From the NCBI GenBank assembly GCA_020633315.1, contig JACKDV010000004.1, positions 448,071-512,070 on the forward strand: 64,000 nucleotides of DNA, written 5' to 3'. Position numbers and translations under genes: made by a program. Shown here one piece after another: positions 17,692 through 31,459 of this stretch. Position 1 is the first letter of the stretch; every line of letters begins with the position of its first letter. The notes below the pieces were generated by a model. The model searched no databases and was not told the DNA's origin. It saw only the letters and a program-made list of their open reading frames with translations. The stretch is from Myxococcales bacterium. GTDB lineage: Bacteria > Myxococcota_A > Polyangia > Nannocystales > Nannocystaceae.

Positions 17692-18432
17692 ATGGGCAAG
17701 GGACTCGCAGCCGGGCTCGTCGTAGGCGTGCTGCTCGGGTGCTCGGGAGGGAACGCGGACTACGATCCCTCCGAGGGCGACGGGGACGGCTCGCGGGGTG
17801 ATGGCGTGGAGACCGGCGTCGGCTCGGGCCACGAGGCCACGAGCGCGGCCGAGGGCACCACCGAGAGCGTGGACGAGCCGCAGGTCGAGCACCTGCAGAA
17901 CGCACCGCAGGGCACCTGCGAGCTGCCGCTGTGGTGCTTCGTCAACGGCAACGTCTGGAATCCGCTGGGGGCCCCGATCGCCGCCCAGGAGTGCTTCGAG
18001 TCGAGCCTGACCCCGCCGCTGCGGCTGCAGACGGTGCACGCGGTGGTGGCCGCCCGCACGCCGAGCCTCGGCCCGGTGTTCCTGCGGGTGCGGAGCTGGG
18101 GCGACGACGAGCGTCCCGGCGAGGTGCTGGCCGCGGTGCAGCTCGCTCCCCAGCAGGTGGAGACCGGCGACGACGAGCTCCGCATCGACGAGCTGGCCGC
18201 CCCCATCGAGATCGACACCAACCGCTTCTGCGTGGGCCTGGAGCTCGACGACGGAGGCTTCGGCTCCGCGCTCGGCATGAGCGTGGACCAGGGCTCCACC
18301 CTGGTCGGCTCGTCGTTCCTGCGCATCGACGGTCCCGGCGACTGCTCGATCCCGGCCTTCGTCGACGTCATCGCCCGCATGCCGTACCCCACCGGCAACT
18401 GGTGCATCGACGTCGAGGTGAGCGCCCCGTAG
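17692..18432 (+). CDS. Hypothetical lipoprotein
   Basis: MGKGLAAGLVVGVLLGCSGG lipobox, acidic linker, globular C-terminus. Confidence 0.65.
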   Translation: MGKGLAAGLVVGVLLGCSGGNADYDPSEGDGDGSRGDGVETGVGSGHEATSAAEGTTESVDEPQVEHLQNAPQGTCELPLWCFVNGNVWNPLGAPIAAQECFESSLTPPLRLQTVHAVVAARTPSLGPVFLRVRSWGDDERPGEVLAAVQLAPQQVETGDDELRIDELAAPIEIDTNRFCVGLELDDGGFGSALGMSVDQGSTLVGSSFLRIDGPGDCSIPAFVDVIARMPYPTGNWCIDVEVSAP

Positions 18433-18541
18433 TCGGGCATTGCTCGTCGGCCCACGCTCCTTGGCCCACGGCCTGGCTCGACCTGGCACCTCCTCGATGG
18501 AGGACGGCGAGGCGGCAGGCCGCTCGCCCTGCGGGTCGGCG

Positions 18542-19855
18542 CTACCCCAGCTCGATCGCGTCGTCGCCCCGCGAGGCCGCCTGCTCGCCGGCCTCGCCCA
18601 CCTCGCCCATGCTCGGCCGCTCGTCGGGCAGCGGCAGCGGCCGCCCGTCGTCGTCCTTGCGGTAGGGGCTGAAGCGCGCGAGCTGGCCCATGTACTGGCC
18701 CACCTCCATCGCCTCGCCCCGCAAGAAGCGCTCCACGCCCTCGTGCAGCCCGGGGTGACGCATCCAGTGGTTGCTGAAGGTGGGCGCGGGCATGAAGCCG
18801 CGCAGCAGCTTGTGCTCGCCCTGCGCCCCCGCCTCGAACAGCGGCAGGCCCTCGCGGATGCAGTGCTCGATGCCCGCGTAGTAGGCCACCTCGAAGTGCA
18901 GGAAGGGGATCTCCTCGCAGCAGCCCCAGTAGCGGCCGTAGAGCGCGTGCTCGGTCTGGAAGCACAGCGCCCCCGCCACGATCTGGCCGGCCCGGCGCAC
19001 CCGCACGAAGCGGGCACGCTGGGGCATCATGCGGGGCAGCAGCTCGAACAGCTCGGGGGTCAGGTAGCCCTCGTTGCCGTGCGCATAGCAGGTGCGGCGG
19101 TAGAAGGACTCGAGCCGCGCGATGTCGTGGCGCGTCCACTCGGCCGCGGGCACGAATTCCACCGGACCATCCACCGCCGCGAGGGCCCGCGCCCGCTCCT
19201 TGCGGATCTGCTTGCGCTTGCGCGAGCTGAGGGTGGCCAGGAACGCGTCGAAGTCGGCGTAGCCGTGGTTGCGCCAGTGGAACTGGAAGCTCGCGCGCGG
19301 GCAGAAGCCGGCCTCGGCCAGGCGCCCGTGCTCGCTCGCGCTGCAGAACAACCAGTGCACCGAGCTGCAGTCGAGCTGGTCGGCCACCGTGCGCACGCCC
19401 TCGACCAGCGCGGCCTCGATCGCCACGCGCTCGCTCGGCGCGAGCGAAGGGCTCAGCAGGATCCGCCGTCCGGTGGCGGGCGTGACCGGGGCCGCGACGA
19501 CGAGCTTGGGATAGTAGGGCAGCCCCGCTCGCATGCAGGCCCGCGCCCAGCCGAAGTCGAAGATGTACTCGCCGTAGCTGTGGTCCTTGCGATAGGCAGC
19601 CACCGCCCCCACGAGCGTGCGTCCCTGACTCGGACTGCCGGCGTCCTCTGCGCTGGGATCCTCGGGCTCGGCCTCCACCAGCACGTAGTGCGGCTCCCAG
19701 CCCGTGCCCGGCCCCACCGAGCCCGACAGCTCGAGCGCCCGCAAGAAGCCGTGCTCCGTGAACGGGCTGGGCCCGTGATCGAGGGCATCCCACTGCGCGG
19801 GATCGACGCCTGCGAGATCCGGGACGACGCGAGTGACGAGGCGCACCGCGAGCAT
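18542..19855 (-). CDS. DUF482 / FemAB-like GNAT-fold acyltransferase family protein (COG3146-like)
   Basis: Family-typical HSYGEYIFDFGWA, plus WGCCEEIPFLHFEVAYY. Start is the internal ATG at 19853-19855. Confidence 0.75.
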   Translation of the reverse strand: MLAVRLVTRVVPDLAGVDPAQWDALDHGPSPFTEHGFLRALELSGSVGPGTGWEPHYVLVEAEPEDPSAEDAGSPSQGRTLVGAVAAYRKDHSYGEYIFDFGWARACMRAGLPYYPKLVVAAPVTPATGRRILLSPSLAPSERVAIEAALVEGVRTVADQLDCSSVHWLFCSASEHGRLAEAGFCPRASFQFHWRNHGYADFDAFLATLSSRKRKQIRKERARALAAVDGPVEFVPAAEWTRHDIARLESFYRRTCYAHGNEGYLTPELFELLPRMMPQRARFVRVRRAGQIVAGALCFQTEHALYGRYWGCCEEIPFLHFEVAYYAGIEHCIREGLPLFEAGAQGEHKLLRGFMPAPTFSNHWMRHPGLHEGVERFLRGEAMEVGQYMGQLARFSPYRKDDDGRPLPLPDERPSMGEVGEAGEQAASRGDDAIELG

Positions 19856-19986
19856 CCTGACCGTGTGATCGGGGAGGTGCAAACCCCGGCCATCGGCGCG
19901 GGCCCGAGGCCCGGCCCTGCCCGTTCGGGCGGGGGGCATCGATCCACGGGCCTGCTAGGATCGACGCCGAAGGAACCCGACGGCCC

Positions 19987-20320
19987 GTGAGCGACAAGCG
20001 CGAAGAGCAGAACGAAAGTGGAGTCGCGACCCTCGAGCGCACCAAGAAGAAGCTCAAGCGCCCGCGCATGTACCGCGTCGTCCTTCACAACGACGACTAC
20101 ACCCCCATGGACTTCGTGGTCCGGCTGCTCGAGACGGTGTTCCACCGCAGCGAGTCCGAGGCCACCCGCATCATGCTCCACGTGCACAACCACGGGTCCG
20201 GCGTGGCGGGGATCTACACCCACGAGATCGCCGAGACCAAGGTCGCCCAGGTCCATCTCCTGGCGCGGAAGAACGACCACCCCTTGATGGCCTCGATGGA
20301 GCCGGAAGACGACGGCGAAG

Positions 20321-20331
<11 letters not shown>
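19987..20331 (+). CDS. clpS: ATP-dependent Clp protease adaptor ClpS
   Basis: 114 aa: KRPRMYRVVLHNDDYTPMDFVVRLLETVFH...ATRIMLHVHNHGSGVAGIYTHEIAETKV. Confidence 0.95.
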
Positions 20332-22774
<2,443 letters not shown>

Positions 22775-22859
22775 GGCCGACCGCGGGGGGCTCGGCGAGG
22801 CCGGAGGCGCGGCCGCCCCGGCCTCGTCCGCGGGGGGCCGCGTCGTCGTATGCTGGGCC

Positions 22860-23495
22860 GTGGCCCGCCCCACCTGCTACCGCTGCCTGCGTCCGCGGGT
22901 GAGCTGCGTGTGCGGCCTGATCACGCCGGTGGACAACCGCACGCGGGTGGTGATCGTGCAGCACCCCCGCGAGCGGCGGCACCCCTTCGGCACGGTGCGG
23001 CTGGCCCGGCTGGGGCTGCGCAACGCCGAGCTGCACGTGGCCTCGCGAGACGACGACGAGCGCACCCGCTGCCCTCCCCGGGCCCCGCCCGGGGCGGCCC
23101 TGCTGTACCCCGGGCCCACGGCGCGGCCGCTGGGCGAGGACGAGCCCCCCGCCGCGCTGGTGGTGCTCGACGGCACCTGGCCCAGCTCGCGGGTGCTGCT
23201 GCGCGACAACCCCTGGCTGCAGGCGCTGCCGCGGGTGTGCCTGCGGCCGGCCGGCCCCGGGCGCTACCGCATCCGCCGGGCCCCGCGGCCGGGGGTGCAG
23301 CTGTCCACCATCGAGGCGATCGTGGGGGCGCTGCGGATCCTCGAGCCCGACACGCCGGGCCTGCTGGAGCTGCTGGCCGCCTTCGACGGCATGATCGACC
23401 ACCAGCTCGCCCTGGCCGCGGGCCGGGCCGCGGCCGGGGAAACCTCGCGGCCCCCGGCGGACACCAAGCCTCCCGAGGCCCTGCCCCCATCATGA
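22860..23495 (+). CDS. DTW-domain protein (TapT/YfiP-like tRNA aminocarboxypropyltransferase family)
   Basis: N-terminal Cys cluster CYRCLRPRVSCVCG and the VLDGTWPSS (DTW) motif. 211 aa. Confidence 0.75.
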   Translation: MARPTCYRCLRPRVSCVCGLITPVDNRTRVVIVQHPRERRHPFGTVRLARLGLRNAELHVASRDDDERTRCPPRAPPGAALLYPGPTARPLGEDEPPAALVVLDGTWPSSRVLLRDNPWLQALPRVCLRPAGPGRYRIRRAPRPGVQLSTIEAIVGALRILEPDTPGLLELLAAFDGMIDHQLALAAGRAAAGETSRPPADTKPPEALPPS

Positions 23496-24823
23496 CCAAG
23501 CTCCCCCCCGGCCCACGAAACACGGCATGGACGATGCTCCGCTACCTCCGTGATCCGATGGGGGTGATGCCCAAGCTCGCGGCCAAGCACGGCGACCCCT
23601 TCACGATCCCCGGCAAGGAGCCGCTGGTGTGCACGGGCGATCCCGAGGGGATCAAGGCGATCTACTCCGCCGACCCCATGTCGCTCGAGCCCTTCAACGT
23701 GGACCTGGCGTTCATCCTGGGCCCGGAGTCGCTCATCCTCATCGGCGGCCCCGAGCACCGTCGCAAGCGCAAGCTGATGATGCCGCCGTTCCTGGGCGCG
23801 CGCATGCGGGCGTACGGCGAGGCGATGCGCCGACTCACGCGCCAGCACCTGGCGGACTGGGAGGCGGGTCGCATGGTGAGCGCCTCGGCGACCGCCCAGC
23901 GGATCTCCCTCGACGTCATCCTCGAGGCGGTGTTCGGCGTGCACGACCCGCAGGGGCGCCACGAGCTGGGCCAGGCCCTGCTCGAGCTCGTCGAGGGGTT
24001 CTCGCCGCTCATCGCCTTCATCCCCGCGCTGCGCCGCGAGCTCGGGGGCATCGGCCCCTATGCGTCGTTCCGGCGGCGTCAACGAGCCGTCCACGCCCGG
24101 CTCGACGCCCTCGTGGCCCAGGCCCGCCGCGAGGAGCCCCGCGACGACATCCTGAGCCTGCTCGTCGCCGCTCGCTACGAGGACGGCGAGCCGATGACCG
24201 ACGACGACATCCGGGCCCAGCTCTTGCTGTTGGTCGTGGCCGGGCACGAGACCACGGCCATCTCGATCGCCTGGGCCCTGTACGCGCTGCACCGCCCCGA
24301 GAACGCGGAGGTGCTCGAGCGCCTCCGCGAGGAGCTCGACACCCTGGGCCCCGAGCCCGAGGTCGACGTGCTGGCCAAGGCGACCTACCTCGACGCGGTC
24401 TGCAACGAGACGCTGCGCCGATTCCCGCTCGCCCCCGCCCCCGCCCCGCGGCGCCTGCTCGCGCCGCTCGAGCTGATGGGCTACTCGCTGCCCGCCGGCG
24501 TGGGGGTGGGCGCGGCGATCGGCGTCGCGCACCTGCGGGAGGAGACCTACCCGGAGCCGCTGCGCTTTCGCCCCGAGCGATTCCTCGAGCGCAAGTTCTC
24601 GCCCTTCGAGCTGCTGCCCTTCGGCGGCGGAGCCCGGCGCTGCCTGGGCGCGGCCATGGCCGCCTACGAGATGCGGGTCGTGGTGGGCACCATCGTCGGC
24701 GACCTCCGCCTGCGGCTCGCGTCGCTGCGACCGGATCCCGGCAAGGTCCGGGCGGCCAACGTGGGGCCGGCCCACGGGGTGAAGCTGGTGATCGAGGGCC
24801 GCCGCACGCCGGGCACCAGCTGA
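23492..24823 (+). CDS. Cytochrome P450
   Basis: Internal ATG (MTKLPPGPRNTAW...), I-helix AGHETT, EXXR (ETLRR) and heme-binding FGGGARRCLGAAMA. The start overlaps the DTW gene stop (ATGA). Confidence 0.85.
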   Translation: MTKLPPGPRNTAWTMLRYLRDPMGVMPKLAAKHGDPFTIPGKEPLVCTGDPEGIKAIYSADPMSLEPFNVDLAFILGPESLILIGGPEHRRKRKLMMPPFLGARMRAYGEAMRRLTRQHLADWEAGRMVSASATAQRISLDVILEAVFGVHDPQGRHELGQALLELVEGFSPLIAFIPALRRELGGIGPYASFRRRQRAVHARLDALVAQARREEPRDDILSLLVAARYEDGEPMTDDDIRAQLLLLVVAGHETTAISIAWALYALHRPENAEVLERLREELDTLGPEPEVDVLAKATYLDAVCNETLRRFPLAPAPAPRRLLAPLELMGYSLPAGVGVGAAIGVAHLREETYPEPLRFRPERFLERKFSPFELLPFGGGARRCLGAAMAAYEMRVVVGTIVGDLRLRLASLRPDPGKVRAANVGPAHGVKLVIEGRRTPGTS

Positions 24824-24971
24824 GCCAGGCATGCACCAGACCGGCGAGCCACCGCAGGACCGGTGGCACGGCGCTCGCCGGCGTCAGAGATCCCATTGCA
24901 TCGCCCTTCACCGCGTCCGCGGCCGTGACCTTTCCCTTGTGGCGCCCGAGGCCACGTGATAGCCCCGATCC

Positions 24972-27368
<2,397 letters not shown>

Positions 27369-27377
27369 CCTCACTCG

Positions 27378-28175
27378 ATGTGGGATTCTAGAATACCAAT
27401 TCTCACTTCGATGCTGCTCGCCGGGGGGCTCGTCGTCGGGGTCGGCTGCGGAGCGCAGCCCGACGACGAGCTCGAGGAGCTCGAGTTCCGCGAGGACACC
27501 ACTGCGCGCAAGGGCTCGTCGTTCGGCTACATCAACAACGGCCTGCACGATCCCGAGCTGAGCGGGCTCGATCCGGCCTACTCGCTCGCGCTGCAGGGGC
27601 TCGAGGGCAGCCGGCTCGACTCCCCCGATCGCCTGGCCACCGCCGTGTACGCGGTGGAGTGCGCGCTGCCGGCGGGTGAGCGCGTCACCAAGATCGTCGA
27701 CGGCGAGAGCGTGGACTTCGAAGGGGCGCTGGGCCTGGCGCCCGAGTGGGCCGAGGGCCCGTGCGACACCGACTGCCAGGAGTGGGTCTCCGCCTGCCTG
27801 CTCGCGCGCACCAACGTGAGCGAGCAGGAGGTGGAGCTGTGGCTGCAGGCCGATCACCCGGCCCTCGGCTTCGACTCGAGCCCCGACTACCCGACCTACG
27901 AGGCGAGCTTCTTCGGCAACCTGTTCTCGGGCCCGGACCACGAGTACGTGTGCCCGTCGAGCACGCTGGTGGGGCCGCTGCTCGCCCAGCTACAGGGGCG
28001 CACCTGCTCCTCGGCGATCGGCGGCTGCGAATTCAGCTCGTACACCGGCTGCGAGCTGCACCGCTGCAGCTTCGTGGGCCTGCTGCAGCCCACCGCGGTG
28101 GGCTGTCGCGCGGGGCTCTTGCCCAGCGGCCCGCGGCTGAACACCATCAGCACCTACGTGGCCGCGCCGCTGTAG
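27378..28175 (+). CDS. Cysteine-rich secreted lipoprotein, unknown function
   Basis: MLLAGGLVVGVGCGAQ lipobox with 12+ Cys in the mature part. It starts 10 nt after the kinase stop, in a locally AT-rich stretch. Confidence 0.65.
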   Translation: MWDSRIPILTSMLLAGGLVVGVGCGAQPDDELEELEFREDTTARKGSSFGYINNGLHDPELSGLDPAYSLALQGLEGSRLDSPDRLATAVYAVECALPAGERVTKIVDGESVDFEGALGLAPEWAEGPCDTDCQEWVSACLLARTNVSEQEVELWLQADHPALGFDSSPDYPTYEASFFGNLFSGPDHEYVCPSSTLVGPLLAQLQGRTCSSAIGGCEFSSYTGCELHRCSFVGLLQPTAVGCRAGLLPSGPRLNTISTYVAAPL

Positions 28176-28287
28176 CGGGTCGAGCCGGCCACCGCCCGGT
28201 CGTCTCGGCCGGGCCTGCACGCGCGTTCCCAGTGGATCCGCCGTTTCTTTGGTGCGCCCGAGAAACTGTGGGAATGGGTAGGACAAG

Positions 28288-29403
28288 GTGGCACACCAAG
28301 CCGAGACCCACTCCCCCGCGCGCTCCCCCCTTTCCGCGGACCCCGCCCGCCGCAAGAAGGTGATCCTCTTGTGCTCCGAGGAGCTCCGCTTCGTCGCCTG
28401 TGGTCTCGAGGAGGCGCTGCGCAGCCGGGGCTGGAACGTGTGTGCGGAGTTCGGTCGGGATGCTCGCCCGTGGATCCAGCAGACCCCCGTGGAGCGACCG
28501 TCGCTGCGCGTGCTGTGCATCCCCGGCTCGGTCGACCGCGAGCTGGCGGACAAGCTGCGCGCGGCCTATCGCCCCGAGCCCGACGCCGACCTCCACATCC
28601 TGGGCGTGGACGACTCCCGCGGGCTGGTGCAGGAGGTCGAGCGCCTCGCCGGCGTGCGGACCCTCGGGCGCCGCCCGCTGAGCGCCGCGCCGCGTCTGGC
28701 CCACCCCACCCTCGTGGAATCCACCGTACGATCCGATCGCGGCTGGCGGATCGGAGCCGCGGCGGCGGTGGCTGCCTTCGCCCTGGTGATCGGCGGGGGG
28801 ATGCTGGCCCGGGGTGGTGACTCGGGCATCCGCACCTCCGTGCTGCCCGCGGGTATGGGCAGCGCCATCACCCAGCCCGTGACCCAGGAGCCCGCGCCCA
28901 GCTCGGCGCAGGCGCGGGCCGACGCCACCGTGTTCTCCAACCTGAGGCCCTACGACTTCGAGGAGGCCTACGAGCTCGACCCCCTGCCCGAAGAGGAAGA
29001 GGAGCTCATCATCATCCTCGAGGACGACGAGCCGGAGCTCGACGCCCCGGTTGAGCGGGTCTCGATCGGCGCGCCCTCGGGCCTGCCCTCGACCTCGGTG
29101 ACGACGCCCCTCGAGCTCGGCGAGGCCCCGGTGACCGACAAGAGCGGCATCGAGCTCCCCCGCGGCTTCCTTCCCGTGGCCGGCCTGGGCGTGGCCGAGC
29201 CCGGCCCCCAGCTCCCCGCCGGATTCCTGCCCGTGGCCGGCCTGAGCGTGCGCCCCGGCGAGGACCCGGTGAGCCTCGGAGGCCTCGTGGCCGTAGTCAC
29301 CGTCGACCCCTTCACCGAGGAGGGACCGGTGACCGCGAGCGACCCGAGCGAGGTCGCCACCGTCGATCCCTTCGTGTCGCTCTCCGACGTCTCCGCTCCG
29401 TGA
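28288..29403 (+). CDS. Membrane-anchored hypothetical protein: N-terminal cytoplasmic domain, one TM, acidic repeat-containing C-terminus
   Basis: GTG start. N-terminal domain KKVILLCSEELRFVACGLEEAL..., TM segment IGAAAAVAAFALVIGGGML, and internal repeats LPRGFLPVAGLGV / LPAGFLPVAGLSV. Confidence 0.6.
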   Translation: MAHQAETHSPARSPLSADPARRKKVILLCSEELRFVACGLEEALRSRGWNVCAEFGRDARPWIQQTPVERPSLRVLCIPGSVDRELADKLRAAYRPEPDADLHILGVDDSRGLVQEVERLAGVRTLGRRPLSAAPRLAHPTLVESTVRSDRGWRIGAAAAVAAFALVIGGGMLARGGDSGIRTSVLPAGMGSAITQPVTQEPAPSSAQARADATVFSNLRPYDFEEAYELDPLPEEEEELIIILEDDEPELDAPVERVSIGAPSGLPSTSVTTPLELGEAPVTDKSGIELPRGFLPVAGLGVAEPGPQLPAGFLPVAGLSVRPGEDPVSLGGLVAVVTVDPFTEEGPVTASDPSEVATVDPFVSLSDVSAP

Positions 29404-29419
29404 GACCATCGCGGCGCCC

Positions 29420-30319
29420 ATGCCCGCGCCGTGGACCGCCGAGCGCGTCGTCTCCCCCGCGGAGGCGCTCGCGCTCGTTGCCGCTGCCCACCCCTCGCTG
29501 TCGGCCTCGCGCATCGAGGCCCTGGGCGAGGGCTGGGACAACACCGCCTACCTCGTCGACGACACCTGGGTGTTCCGCTTCCCCCGGCGCCAGATCGCGG
29601 TGGAGCTGATCGAGATCGAGTCGCGGGTGCTGCCTGCGATCGCCGGTCGGCTACCGCTGCCGATCCCGGTGCCCGAGTTGCTCGGCGAGCCGAGCGAGAG
29701 CTTCCCGTGGCCGTTCTCGGGCTACCGACGGCTCCACGGGCGCACCGCCGACCGAGCCGCGCTCGACCCCACGCGCAAGGCCGCGCTGGCCGAGCCGCTC
29801 GCCGAATTCCTGGCGGCCCTGCACGCGGTGGACGGCCGCGCGACGGGAGCCCCCGTCGACACCCTCGCTCGCACCAACACCGAGCGCGTCGTCCCCGTGG
29901 TGCGGTCCGGGCTCGAGGCCGCCGTCGCGGCGGGGCTGATCGACGACCTCCGACCCTACGAGCCGCTGCTGGCCCAGGTCCACGGCCCGCTGCCGCCCCG
30001 CGCCGTGCTGGTGCACGCCGACCTCTACGTGCGGCACGTGCTGGTCGACGACGCGAGCCGGGCCTGCGGGGTGATCGACTGGGGCGACGTGCACCTGGGC
30101 CACCCCGGCCTCGACCTCGCCCTGGCCTTCAGCCTGCTGCCCCCCTCGGCCCGGTCGCGCTTCGCCCGGGCCTACGGCCCCATCGACGACGAGTCGTGGG
30201 CCCTCGGACGCCAGCGCGGCCTGCTCTACGGCGCGGTGCTGTGCGCCTACGGGCTGGACATCGGCGACTCGGCCCTCGTGGCCGAGGGCCAGCAGGCGCT
30301 GCGCTGGGTGCTCGAGTAG
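29420..30319 (+). CDS. Phosphotransferase enzyme family protein (APH/choline-kinase-like fold)
   Basis: Brenner/catalytic motif VLVHADLYVRHVLVD and DWGDVHLGHPGLDLA. 299 aa. Confidence 0.8.
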   Translation: MPAPWTAERVVSPAEALALVAAAHPSLSASRIEALGEGWDNTAYLVDDTWVFRFPRRQIAVELIEIESRVLPAIAGRLPLPIPVPELLGEPSESFPWPFSGYRRLHGRTADRAALDPTRKAALAEPLAEFLAALHAVDGRATGAPVDTLARTNTERVVPVVRSGLEAAVAAGLIDDLRPYEPLLAQVHGPLPPRAVLVHADLYVRHVLVDDASRACGVIDWGDVHLGHPGLDLALAFSLLPPSARSRFARAYGPIDDESWALGRQRGLLYGAVLCAYGLDIGDSALVAEGQQALRWVLE

Positions 30320-30322
30320 CGC

Positions 30323-31051
30323 TCAGGTGTTGCCGTCGACCGTCAGCATCCACTGGGCCGGCGGCGCGCACATGTCGTTCTTGGCCACGACCTCCACCGC
30401 GACCCAGGCGCTGTCGTCGACGCCGTTGGCCAGCAGGCCCTCGCCCCAATTCATGGTGACCTCGTCGATGCCGCCGCCGTTGGTGGACGACTGCATGAAG
30501 CCGCCGCAGCCGGTGCCGCCGCCCTCCACCCCGCGATACACGTAGAGGTCGAAGTCGGCCCCCGGCGGGCTGGTGAGGGTCACGGTGAAGGACATGCCCG
30601 CGCCGTCGATCGAGTCGTCGTCCTCGGTCACGCGGAAGGTGAGCCAGTCGGGCTGCGCTCCGCTGCCGTCGAGCCCGGGCGAGCCCTGGTCTCCGCTCAC
30701 GCTGCCCAGCGAGCCCGCGCTCTGGCAGGTGCCGGGATCGGAGCAGTTGCCCATCGGGCCGTCGTCGCCCCCCGAGGACTCGCCGCCGTCGGTGGTGCTG
30801 CCGTCGTCGCCGGGGCCCGTGGTCCCCTCGTCGGAGGGACCGGTGGTCAGCGGCGCGTCCTCGCCCGAGCCGTCGGGCACCCCGAAGGTGGCGCCCTCGT
30901 CGTCGCCGCTCATCGTGGTCGCGCCGTCGTCCGACGGAGGCCCGCTGCCCGGCGCCGGACCGAAGGTCGTGGTGTCGTCGGTCTTGGCCCCGCCCGCGCA
31001 GCCGAGCGCGAGGATCGTCGCCAGCCAGAGCCATCGCCTGCGGTGCACCAC
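30323..31051 (-). CDS. Hypothetical lipoprotein with D/G/S/T-rich linker and ~100-aa C-terminal beta-rich domain
   Basis: RRRWLWLATILALGCAGG lipobox. The start is uncertain: a GTG around 31048-31051 or an ATG 28 codons further upstream. Confidence 0.55.
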   Translation of the reverse strand: MVHRRRWLWLATILALGCAGGAKTDDTTTFGPAPGSGPPSDDGATTMSGDDEGATFGVPDGSGEDAPLTTGPSDEGTTGPGDDGSTTDGGESSGGDDGPMGNCSDPGTCQSAGSLGSVSGDQGSPGLDGSGAQPDWLTFRVTEDDDSIDGAGMSFTVTLTSPPGADFDLYVYRGVEGGGTGCGGFMQSSTNGGGIDEVTMNWGEGLLANGVDDSAWVAVEVVAKNDMCAPPAQWMLTVDGNT

Positions 31052-31459
31052 CGCGATCAGGATACCACTGCTGCTCGGGCTCCGAGCCTCACGCCAGGCG
31101 CCACACGTCACGGGTGCGGTGGGCCAGCGCATAGAGCCCATCGCCGGCAACCACGATTTCGTCCGCAGCTCCCCCCGGGCGGGGGGTCCGCGGCCGCCCG
31201 GTAGTCCAGCGCCGCGTAGACCATGCCCCCCGCGCGCCCCTCGATGCACAGCCGCCAGCCGTGGGGCGGCGGGGCCTCGATGCGGGCGTCCGGGAAGCCG
31301 TTGGGGAAGCGGAAGCCGTGCTCCGCCGCGCGGAAGCGAGGCGGAGCACGGCCAGGCGCAGGGGCACGAGGCACCGCGGGGCTCGACTCGGACATGGCGG
31401 GGCCGAGCCCACGCGACCGCCTTTCGTCGGCGCCCCGCGGCCGATCGCCGCGCGCCGGT

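Noticed and set aside
17488-20069. ORFs 17760..20069 (-) 769 aa and 17488..19017 (-) 509 aa
   Set aside because: Same GC-artefact composition. The real genes here are 17692..18432 (+) and 18542..19855 (-).
22850-23491. Upstream 214 codons of the P450 ORF (22850 start) as part of the P450
   Set aside because: The segment is Arg/Ala/Gly-rich junk in a different frame from the real DTW gene it overlaps. The P450 starts at the ATG at 23492.
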